From IMG/VR virus record IMGVR_UViG_3300020419_000016, positions 1 to 61,769 of that record: DNA of 61,769 nucleotides; one strand, written 5' to 3'. Source of the DNA: a virus (taxonomy: Duplodnaviria > Caudoviricetes). The translations under genes were made by a program, and so were the position numbers. The notes beneath the pieces were generated by a model that ran no database searches, was not told where the DNA came from, and was given only the letters and a program-made list of their open reading frames with translations. Shown one piece after another: positions 42,482-50,271 of this stretch (within the stretch, counting starts at the first letter, position 1; every line of letters begins with the position of its first letter).

Positions 42482-42916
42482 ATGCAATGGACTTACCGAG
42501 GAGAAGAAATAGAGCAATTACCAGATGATTGCGAAGGATTTGTATATTTAATAACAAATCTTACTAATAATCGAAAGTACATAGGCAAAAAACTAGCAAG
42601 ATTTAAAACAACTAAGCCACCACTTAAAGGCAAAAAGAATAAAAGGCGAGGACACAAAGAAAGTGACTGGAGAGACTATTGGGGATCATCAGATCATTTG
42701 AATGCAGACGTGCTTAGACTAGGCAAAGACAAATTTACTAGAGAAGTTTTGCATTATTGTCCCAGCAGAGGCGTATTAAGTTACATAGAGGCAAAGGAAC
42801 AGTTTGATCGCAGGGTATTAGAAACAGATGAATACTATAACGGTATCATTAATGTGCGAGTAGGCAGTTCAAAAATCTTAAAAGAACATCTTAAAAACAC
42901 TTTAGGCAAACTATAG
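42482..42916 (+). CDS. Small GIY-YIG family endonuclease
   Basis: GFVYLITN...KYIGKK motif, YWGSS, a catalytic-type Glu (YIEAKEQ) and C-terminal YYN. No separate DNA-binding tail. Confidence 0.85.
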   Translation: MQWTYRGEEIEQLPDDCEGFVYLITNLTNNRKYIGKKLARFKTTKPPLKGKKNKRRGHKESDWRDYWGSSDHLNADVLRLGKDKFTREVLHYCPSRGVLSYIEAKEQFDRRVLETDEYYNGIINVRVGSSKILKEHLKNTLGKL

Positions 42917-43320
42917 AACACTGATTGGTCGAGACGCTCGACTCACCTTGAGAACATATCACATATGTTCAGATTCTGGTGCCGTTCAACAGGCTGTATG
43001 CTACGAAAACCCTTTAGCAATAGGAACGAAGCGAGGGATAGCGAAGAAATCCGCGAAGCGGAAAACGGTTTAGCAAATTTTTTCGTGATGTCGACGTAGG
43101 TTGGGAAAGGTCAGAGCCCAGTAGCAAAGTCAAACACCTACTTCCGAATCTCGGCTGTGACGAACTCACATGAAGACCAAGATTAGATGGAACCAGCGAT
43201 TAGGTTCCGTCTGACTGAAACAATCTACATGAAGCAATTACAATTTACTTCGTAAATTGCTTTTACATATATAGTTTGAGCGTAAGCGAAAAACTAAATG
43301 AGCTTTAGCTCATTTCTTAA
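42917..43320 (+). ncRNA. Putative large structured non-coding RNA (or structured DNA element) of unrecognised family
   Basis: About 400 nt without a substantial ORF, more GC-rich than other intergenic gaps, with at least 10 helices. The long helices have G-U pairs only on the + strand. Confidence 0.65.
43296..43315. terminator. Hairpin between convergent units, possible bidirectional terminator
   Basis: AAATGAGC-TTTA-GCTCATTT perfect inverted repeat at the junction of + and - transcription. Confidence 0.5.
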
Positions 43321-43364
43321 CAATCAAGTACATTATCCAATGTGTACAATCGTCATGTGGATCA

Positions 43365-43550
43365 TCAATGTAAATCAGGATCTCTTCCGAACCCATCTTT
43401 TACAGGACTGTATTCAAATGATTCGTATCTGAGCTGTAGATGCGGTTGAGTTTCTTGACACGTAAGTATATATTGATTAGCTTCTTCTATTGAGTTAACT
43501 ATATCAATTTCGTTATCAAGATTGTCTAATATTTTATATTTCGTAATCAT
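43365..43550 (-). CDS. Small hypothetical protein
   Basis: 61-aa ORF with protein-like composition filling the gap; TTTAAATA late-like motif at 43558-43565. Confidence 0.55.
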   Translation of the reverse strand: MITKYKILDNLDNEIDIVNSIEEANQYILTCQETQPHLQLRYESFEYSPVKDGFGRDPDLH

Positions 43551-43578
43551 GAACTATTATTTAAATACCTGAACAGGA

Positions 43579-43586
43579 CATAAATA
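43579..43586 (+). promoter_or_regulatory. T4-like late promoter (CATAAATA)
   Basis: Intergenic, upstream of the AAGGA RBS of the gene starting at 43617. Confidence 0.6.
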
Positions 43587-43616
43587 CTACTAGTTAATAA
43601 AATTAAGGATTTTTCC

Positions 43617-45005
43617 ATGCGAGTTCTGGAAGTTATACAACCAAACAACGATAAACAGCAGTTAGATGAAGCAATTTTTACTACGGCGCTGATTGGCCTA
43701 GTTGGGATGTCTATTGGTGCAGCAGCTATTGAAGCTGGCATTGGAATGGTTAAAAATTGGGCTGATGATTGGGATATCAAAGGATTTAAGCCTACTGGCA
43801 ATCACGTTCCTGATCAAACAACAATCATAGATGGTAAAAAGAAATATGTCTATGTCGAAAAAGAAATGAAATGGACACAACAAAACAAGGTCAAAGGCAA
43901 ATGGAAATTTACTGATCCTAAATACACAGCAAACGTTACTGATGATGTGATTAAAAAAGCTATCAAAAATAAAAAATTAACTTTTCCTAACAAAGCTGCT
44001 GTTGTAGACACTATGCAACGACAGTATATGGAAAAACAAATGAAAAGCGGAAAATTACCCGCTGATGTAAAAGCAGGCTTTAATAAATCAGGTAACTTTC
44101 TTGATGATGTAATAAAAAGAGAAGAAGCTGGCGTAAGAAAAGGTGCAAGAGGAGTTTGGAACAGGATTAAAACTGGAGGTACAAAGATCTTTACTCGTAG
44201 AGTTTTTCAAGCAATTAATGTTTTTATGCCTGTTGCATTAATTGTTAATGCTGTAAGACTCAAAGCATGGTACAAAACAAAATTAAACTGGGGCAAAGGA
44301 GATGGTTTAGGTACTAATCCTTTAGATACTGTTGATACAGGCGGAGTAGTAGGATATCCTCACCCATCTGGTGATCCTGATAAAGTTTATGGAAGAACTG
44401 AATACGATCAGGACATGATAAATCTAAGAACAACTACAGTTAACGCAGGAGTTGCTTGGATGGCAGCTCAAGGTGTTAATGTTTTAGCAGGTGGAATATT
44501 TTGGTTATATGCACAACGCAAAGGTAAAATTATAGATAGGGTTAATAAAAAGAAAACCCTAGCTGGAAAAAGCTGGGCCATAGCAAAATGGATAGGAAGC
44601 ACACCTTTTAGGATAACTGGAAAAATTCTTAAACTGGGATCTGCTGGAGTTTCTGCAGGTTTAGTATACTCAGCGTTTGATAGATCGTTTGCAGAAAAAT
44701 TAGCCAATGCAATGGCTGATTTTATATTTAGATACGATGTATTTGCACAAAAATATTCAACTGCTGAAGATATTACGGAGTATATGATAAAAGAATTAGG
44801 GCCACAAGGTTACGAACAAGCAATGGCCCAAATTGGTCTAGGAACAACGGCTGGTGACGCTTTAGCAAATCAAGATGGTGAGTTAGGTGGAGAAATTAAT
44901 CCTTTAGATAATACTAGTCCAAGTAGTAGTAGTGGTAGCAGTAGCAGTAGTGCTAGAGATACATTTAATAATCTTACTAAGGATGATGATTTCTGGAACA
45001 ATTAG
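43617..45005 (+). CDS. Hypothetical late protein with hydrophobic segments; candidate internal head or ejection protein
   Basis: Late promoter; N-terminal VLE and LDE sites followed by a Gly/Ala hydrophobic helix; basic middle region; Ser-rich C-terminus. Confidence 0.5.
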   Translation: MRVLEVIQPNNDKQQLDEAIFTTALIGLVGMSIGAAAIEAGIGMVKNWADDWDIKGFKPTGNHVPDQTTIIDGKKKYVYVEKEMKWTQQNKVKGKWKFTDPKYTANVTDDVIKKAIKNKKLTFPNKAAVVDTMQRQYMEKQMKSGKLPADVKAGFNKSGNFLDDVIKREEAGVRKGARGVWNRIKTGGTKIFTRRVFQAINVFMPVALIVNAVRLKAWYKTKLNWGKGDGLGTNPLDTVDTGGVVGYPHPSGDPDKVYGRTEYDQDMINLRTTTVNAGVAWMAAQGVNVLAGGIFWLYAQRKGKIIDRVNKKKTLAGKSWAIAKWIGSTPFRITGKILKLGSAGVSAGLVYSAFDRSFAEKLANAMADFIFRYDVFAQKYSTAEDITEYMIKELGPQGYEQAMAQIGLGTTAGDALANQDGELGGEINPLDNTSPSSSSGSSSSSARDTFNNLTKDDDFWNN

Positions 45006-45181
45006 ATAAGTGGCATACCAGAGTCTTTAGCATTTTTAATATTTTCCATAACAATTTTATTCATTATTTCAAAATCTTCTAAATCGGTATCATGTAAAAG
45101 AGTGTGAGACTCTACGCCTCCACGCATATACCAACACAGCTGATAGACTTGGTGCTTTATTTCTTTGATCTCATTTTCCAT
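45002..45181 (-). CDS. gp51-like baseplate/tail assembly protein (59 aa, below the ORF track cutoff), probably expressed as a frameshift fusion
   Basis: Hand translation: MENEIKEIKHQVYQLCWYMRGGVESHTLLHDTDLEDFEIMNKIVMENIKNAKDSGMPLI. It follows the gp26-like gene, and its frame stays open back to the slippery site at 45235-45241. Confidence 0.7.
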   Translation of the reverse strand: MENEIKEIKHQVYQLCWYMRGGVESHTLLHDTDLEDFEIMNKIVMENIKNAKDSGMPLI

Positions 45182-45187
45182 CTCTTT

Positions 45188-45241
45188 GGCTAATTCCGAG
45201 AGATCAGAATCCTTTGTTCTAATTAGCCTTGAGCGAAAAAA
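45188..45241 (-). promoter_or_regulatory. Predicted -1 programmed ribosomal frameshift signal
   Basis: T TTT TTC heptamer (45241-45235) in the correct phase, a 6-nt spacer, then the 8-bp stem GGCTAATT/AATTAGCC (45228-45221 with 45195-45188). Confidence 0.7.
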
Positions 45242-46047
45242 TTTGAGTAATCCAATTCAATGTTCAACTTTGATTGATGACCACAGTTAGCACAAGTGAT
45301 GTCTGTTTCAGGAACAATAAACTGTTCATTATTACGCATAATAGCTTTTTCAATTTGTACAAAAAAATCTTTATCAGCATTTTCTATAAACTTAGCTATT
45401 TCAGTTAGATTAGTTTCTTCTTCATTATCTACTTCAATTTTTGCAATAGAAGATATTACTGTATTTTTCCTTAATACAGCTAGAGAGTCATAAACTTTTT
45501 GTGTTTCTTCTCCTCTAATATTTTCATCTTCGATATTTGGAATAGCTTGCATTAAAGAACGCTGTTGTTTAAAGTTTTGTTTGTTAATTTCATTTAACTC
45601 TTTAAAATTTAAAGGGCGTAAATGAAACTTCATGTTATCAACTACAATACTTTCTTCAAAGACTCCTTTTGCAAAATGTGATAACATATTTTGAATATCT
45701 ATTTCATATGTATTTTCTGTACCACATTCTGTACAAACATTTTTTGCACTTATACTACCACCGTAACTAGCCATTCTAATTACACTTAAAATTGTATAGA
45801 TATCTGTCATTGGAATGTCCCAAGGATTTTTTATACTTGGGATACAGCTTTTTATAATTTCTACTGTAGTATTTCCGCTGAGCAATGTATCAGGAGTTTT
45901 AGTTGCAATTTCGTTACTAGCTGTCATACTGAAAACTTCTAATTCTTCAGTTTTAGCCAAAGATCCTTGACTATACCACTTTCCTTTACTAGGTAGGTCA
46001 ATAGACTGTTTTGGTTGTCGTTGATATTTGGTTAATGGTGACGACAT
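45223..46047 (-). CDS. gp26: Baseplate hub assembly chaperone, gp26-like
   Basis: IDLPSKG...MTASNE...IRMASYG, two CxxC motifs (CTEC, CANC) and a C-terminal NFF. Start moved to the ATG at 46047 (AAGGA RBS). Confidence 0.75.
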   Translation of the reverse strand: MSSPLTKYQRQPKQSIDLPSKGKWYSQGSLAKTEELEVFSMTASNEIATKTPDTLLSGNTTVEIIKSCIPSIKNPWDIPMTDIYTILSVIRMASYGGSISAKNVCTECGTENTYEIDIQNMLSHFAKGVFEESIVVDNMKFHLRPLNFKELNEINKQNFKQQRSLMQAIPNIEDENIRGEETQKVYDSLAVLRKNTVISSIAKIEVDNEEETNLTEIAKFIENADKDFFVQIEKAIMRNNEQFIVPETDITCANCGHQSKLNIELDYSNFFAQG

Positions 46048-46058
46048 GTTTTTTCCTT

Positions 46059-46087
46059 GATAAATATATTCATATAGTATATTTATG
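46059..46087. promoter_or_regulatory. Face-to-face pair of late promoters
   Basis: + strand GATAAATA at 46059-46066 points toward the tape measure gene; - strand CATAAATA at 46087-46080 points toward gp26. Confidence 0.6.
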
Positions 46088-46113
46088 ATCATAAAATCTC
46101 GGGAATTTAAGAT

Positions 46114-48270
46114 ATGGCAGATGAAAAAGATTTATCAGATAATTTAAAAAAAACCAGTGATGGCGCACTTGCATTAGCCAAATCTCTTGCTTTAACCAAG
46201 CCAGGTCTTACGGATTTTGCTTCTAAAGTTCCAGTAGTTGGTGATAAATTAGGTGCTGTAGCCAAAGAACTTGAAAATCAAGTTAGCCAATACCAAGTTT
46301 TAACTAAATCAGGAATAAATTTCAACGGCAACTTATCAATGATGATAACTGCAAGTACTCAAGCAGGGTTGAGTATTAAGGAAATGACCGGTTTAGTAGC
46401 CAGTAACAGCGAATTACTAGCAGGATTTGGCGGTAGTGTAGAAAATGGAGCACAAGGGTTCTTAAAAAATTTACAAATAATGAACCAAGCCAACAATCAA
46501 TATGGCACACAACTTAGAAATATTGGCTTAACTCACGAAGAAATTGGCGAAGCTATGATGCAGACCCAGCGTATGGCTATGATGTCAGGTAGATTAAATG
46601 CCGCTACTGATGCAGATATACAACAGCGTACAGCAGAATACGCAAAAGATTTAGACTTATTATCAAAACTAACAGGTAAAAGCAATGACGCACTAAAGAA
46701 AGAGCAAGCCGCAATGCAAAGGCAAGGTGACTTTAGAGCTAAAACTATGGGCATGGAAGCAGACATGCAGAAATCTATGCTAAATGCCGCCAGTGAAGCA
46801 GATGCTAGTGGTATTGGCGACTTGTTCAAAGACATGATGATTAGAGGCTTTCCTAGTGAAGACCAAGCACAGTTAGCAGGTATGTTTAGTAACTCTATGG
46901 GTGTTATGAGACAAATGAAAGCAGCTCAAGATGCAGGTAACACAGCAGAATATGATAGATTAAAAGGAACACTTGCAGCCGCTGCAATTAAAGATAAGTC
47001 AGCTAACAAAGAACTTGCAATACTAGGCGGAACAAACGCAGCCACTGCCGCAGTTGCAGAATCATATGCAAAAACTTCTGAGGCAATGATAGGTGTTCAA
47101 GCAGCGTACGAACGTGGAGAAATAAGTTATAGACAGCTACAAGCAAAAATACAAGAAAGAAGAGAGCGAGCTCTTATAGAACAAGAAGCAGTAGGCGGCG
47201 ATGTTGAAAAAGGTGGTGCAGGTCTTGACAAAGTAGGACAAGAAATGTTAGGCGCAGCAATTCGAGGCCAAGAAACAATGATTAGAGCCGCGGCAGAAAC
47301 ACAAGTTAAAGTAACTGTACCGATATATGAAAAATACTTAGGTCCAATGTTTAAAAATTTATCTGATAGGGTTTATGCTGGAGAGACTACGGTAATAGAT
47401 AAAATTACTACAGGGACAATGGCTACGTTGAATGCAGCCAAAGCATACGCAGAAGGTGGCGGCTCAAATCCATTAAAAAAACAAGCATTACAAGCTGAAG
47501 CTGCTATAGATGCCAAAGCGGGAGACGACACTACGTCTCAAAAAGATGTTGACAGATTGGCTAATTTGAAAGATACTATTACACAGTTAGGAACTAAATC
47601 AGATTTAACAAGAGATCAAATAATAAAACTTGTAAATGCTCTTAACGAAGCTAATAAAATAGCAGCACCAGGATCAACACCAATAACAGCGCCAGCCAAA
47701 AAAGGAGAAAGAAATCCTTTAGAAAAAGGTTATGGCCAAGAGGGCAACGTACCTGGATTTAATAAAGGTACTCCAGGAATGGACCAAGCAATGAAAGGAT
47801 TTACTTCTTTTGCTGGCTTAACACAAAGTTTTGGTAAAGGCACTTTAGCAATGTTACACGGTAATGAATTGGTAATGACAGAAGCACAAGCTAAACAATT
47901 AGATGAAGGCATTGCTATGATGAAATCCAATATGCCAAATATTGGTTCAACAGAAGGTCTCAGAAACGCCACAGCAAATATACAAGGAGCGGTAAATACT
48001 TTGCGTAGTCCTGAAACTCAGGCTAGTGCTGGAGCAAATATGGATTCGATGAAACCAATGATGGAAGAAATGAAAACATCAATGATGGCACAAGCTGAAG
48101 CAATGAAAAACGCCTTACCAGCAGATATGTTTGAAAAGATGTCTACTGCAATGGAGAAGACAGCTTCTGGAATAGGAAGTCAGTTAATTGAACAAAAAAA
48201 TATGACTAAGGTTACAAAAAATTTAGGAAATATGGGTAATGTGTTTAGTCGAGGAGGCTTAAACATATGA
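46114..48270 (+). CDS. Tape-measure-like protein (gp29-like)
   Basis: 718 aa, Ala/Gly/Met/Gln-rich and helical, with a FGKGTLAMLHGNELVMT motif; next to the tail chaperone genes. Confidence 0.65.
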   Translation: MADEKDLSDNLKKTSDGALALAKSLALTKPGLTDFASKVPVVGDKLGAVAKELENQVSQYQVLTKSGINFNGNLSMMITASTQAGLSIKEMTGLVASNSELLAGFGGSVENGAQGFLKNLQIMNQANNQYGTQLRNIGLTHEEIGEAMMQTQRMAMMSGRLNAATDADIQQRTAEYAKDLDLLSKLTGKSNDALKKEQAAMQRQGDFRAKTMGMEADMQKSMLNAASEADASGIGDLFKDMMIRGFPSEDQAQLAGMFSNSMGVMRQMKAAQDAGNTAEYDRLKGTLAAAAIKDKSANKELAILGGTNAATAAVAESYAKTSEAMIGVQAAYERGEISYRQLQAKIQERRERALIEQEAVGGDVEKGGAGLDKVGQEMLGAAIRGQETMIRAAAETQVKVTVPIYEKYLGPMFKNLSDRVYAGETTVIDKITTGTMATLNAAKAYAEGGGSNPLKKQALQAEAAIDAKAGDDTTSQKDVDRLANLKDTITQLGTKSDLTRDQIIKLVNALNEANKIAAPGSTPITAPAKKGERNPLEKGYGQEGNVPGFNKGTPGMDQAMKGFTSFAGLTQSFGKGTLAMLHGNELVMTEAQAKQLDEGIAMMKSNMPNIGSTEGLRNATANIQGAVNTLRSPETQASAGANMDSMKPMMEEMKTSMMAQAEAMKNALPADMFEKMSTAMEKTASGIGSQLIEQKNMTKVTKNLGNMGNVFSRGGLNI

Positions 48271-50009
48271 GTTGGAAAAAATATTTCACACCTGTACAAA
48301 CAGGTGATAATATGACAGGTAGCTATTCACCTTTTACAAATGGTGGAGGCGCTCAAGCAGGACCAGCAAGAACAAATTATAGTTCATACTTACCAGATGT
48401 ATACGTAGGTAGTCCAAATCGTGTTGAACGATACGGACAATACAATACAATGGATAATGACTCAGAAGTAAATGCGGCTTTAGATATCTTAGCTGAATTT
48501 TGTTCGCAATCAAATAATGAAAATGCAACAAACTTTAAATTTATATTTAATAAAAGTGCAACTAACAGCGAAGTTAACATTTTAGGACAATATCTTAGAC
48601 AGTGGAGTAATTTACAAAAGTTTAGTACTCGTATGTTTAGAATTATGAGAAATGTTTTTAAGTACGGAGATCAAATTTTTATAAGAGATCCGGAAACTAA
48701 AAAACTATTTCATATTGATCCAGCAAAACTAGTTAGGATTATTGTTAACGAATCTGAAGGCAAAACTCCGGAACAATATATTTTACGCGACATGAATCTT
48801 AATTTTAGAGACATGGTTGCAACTACACCACATATTACAAACGGAAACATTACAGGTGGCGGTAGCGGATATCAAAGCGGTGGCGTAAGAGGAATGGTAG
48901 GCAATGCTCCTCAACAAGCAGGTAGTAGATATCAACAAGGCGAAGGCGAAGTAGCTATAAACGCAGAACACATTGTACATTTAAGTTTAAGCGAAGGCTT
49001 AGACAATAACTTTCCTTTTGGTAATAGTTTATTAGAAGGTATATTTAAAGTATATAAACAAAAAGAATTACTTGAAGATGCTATTATAATTTATCGTGTG
49101 CAAAGAGCACCAGAACGCAGAGTATTTTATGTTGATGTAGGTAACATGCCAACACACCTTGCTATGCAGTTTGTAGAAAGAGTTAAAACAGAAATACATC
49201 AAAGAAGAATTCCAAGTGCAACAGGTGGAGGTAATAATGTTATTGATAGTAGTTACAATCCTTTATCAATAAACGAAGATTACTTTTTCCCACAAACCGC
49301 AGAAGGTAGAGGTTCTAAGGTTGAAACATTACCAGGCGGAACAAATCTAGGAGAGATTGACGATCTCAGATATTTTACTAACAAACTAGTACGTGGTTTA
49401 CGTATACCTAGTAGTTACTTACCTACTGGTGCAGATGATGCAACTAGTTCATATAATGATGGACGAGTTGGCACAGCATACATACAGGAATTAAGGTTTA
49501 ACAAATATTGTGAAAGATTACAAGGTCTTGTAACACAAGCATTTGATAATGAATTTAAAAGATTTTTATTAGAAAAAGGTGTAAACATTGATACTTCAAT
49601 GTTTGACTTAAAATTCCAGCCACCACAAAACTTTGCAAGTTATAGACAAGCAGAACTTGATAATGCTAGAGTACCAACATTTACACAAATGAGTGCAATA
49701 CCTTATTTGTCAAATAGATTTGCATTAGAGAGATTTTTAGGATTTAGTAAAGAAGAAATTGCAGAAAACGAAAGACTATGGAGAGAAGAGAACGACGAAA
49801 ACTTAACACCACCACCAGGCGATGCTTCAGGTGAAATGAGAAGTGTAGGAATTAGTTCTGCAGGCATTAGTGCTGACATTGATGGAGCAGAAGATATTCT
49901 TGATGATACACCATCGCCAGAAGATGGCGGAGCAGGAGCACCACCAGAAACAGTAACAGGAGATACACCAGGCGGCACACCTCCACCGGGAACAGACCAA
50001 ACGGTATAA
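48267..50009 (+). CDS. gp20: Portal protein gp20
   Basis: LLEDAIIIYRVQRAPERRVFYVDVGNMP...EDYFFP...GRGSKVETLPGG.NLGEIDDLRYF is the T4 gp20 signature. Confidence 0.97.
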   Translation: MSWKKYFTPVQTGDNMTGSYSPFTNGGGAQAGPARTNYSSYLPDVYVGSPNRVERYGQYNTMDNDSEVNAALDILAEFCSQSNNENATNFKFIFNKSATNSEVNILGQYLRQWSNLQKFSTRMFRIMRNVFKYGDQIFIRDPETKKLFHIDPAKLVRIIVNESEGKTPEQYILRDMNLNFRDMVATTPHITNGNITGGGSGYQSGGVRGMVGNAPQQAGSRYQQGEGEVAINAEHIVHLSLSEGLDNNFPFGNSLLEGIFKVYKQKELLEDAIIIYRVQRAPERRVFYVDVGNMPTHLAMQFVERVKTEIHQRRIPSATGGGNNVIDSSYNPLSINEDYFFPQTAEGRGSKVETLPGGTNLGEIDDLRYFTNKLVRGLRIPSSYLPTGADDATSSYNDGRVGTAYIQELRFNKYCERLQGLVTQAFDNEFKRFLLEKGVNIDTSMFDLKFQPPQNFASYRQAELDNARVPTFTQMSAIPYLSNRFALERFLGFSKEEIAENERLWREENDENLTPPPGDASGEMRSVGISSAGISADIDGAEDILDDTPSPEDGGAGAPPETVTGDTPGGTPPPGTDQTV

Positions 50010-50012
50010 ATA
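50005..50012 (+). promoter_or_regulatory. T4-like late promoter (TATAAATA), 5 nt before the ATG
   Basis: TATAAATA-CTAGC-ATG(50018). Confidence 0.75.
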
Positions 50013-50017
50013 CTAGC

Positions 50018-50266
50018 ATGATACTACGTGAATTATTTTATTTTGATAAAGATACACTTGATACTGTTCAAGATGATTCGTATGAACCAAAGTACGATCA
50101 GTCTATAGTAGATGCTGACGATACTAGAAAAACAAAACTTACTTTATCACAAATTAACAGAGCAAGAAAAGGTTCTGAAACACATCAAAAAGAAAAAAGT
50201 AAAGAGCTAGATATCACTAGACAAATGTACGGTCTTGCAGCTCAGGCGGCAGCTGGCGGTGTCTAA
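50018..50266 (+). CDS. Small head-module protein, possible prohead core protein
   Basis: Follows the portal gene, has a late promoter, and carries an N-terminal LRE site. Confidence 0.6.
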   Translation: MILRELFYFDKDTLDTVQDDSYEPKYDQSIVDADDTRKTKLTLSQINRARKGSETHQKEKSKELDITRQMYGLAAQAAAGGV

Positions 50267-50271
50267 GCTAG

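Noticed and set aside
43085-43234. Box C/D or TIGR-like guide array (GTGATG, ATGAAG x2, CTGA x2)
   Set aside because: Only two non-periodic copies, and no Nop-domain protein in the window.
42917-43320. Group I intron hosting the GIY-YIG gene
   Set aside because: TGCTAC-GAAAA-CCCT resembles P4/P5, but I found no P7 (GACUA/UAGUC) core and no interrupted gene; the flanking ORFs are complete. A covariance model search should confirm this.
40483-50009. Inteins or introns in gp46 or the portal gene
   Set aside because: Lengths and motif spacing are normal; no intein termini or LAGLIDADG blocks.
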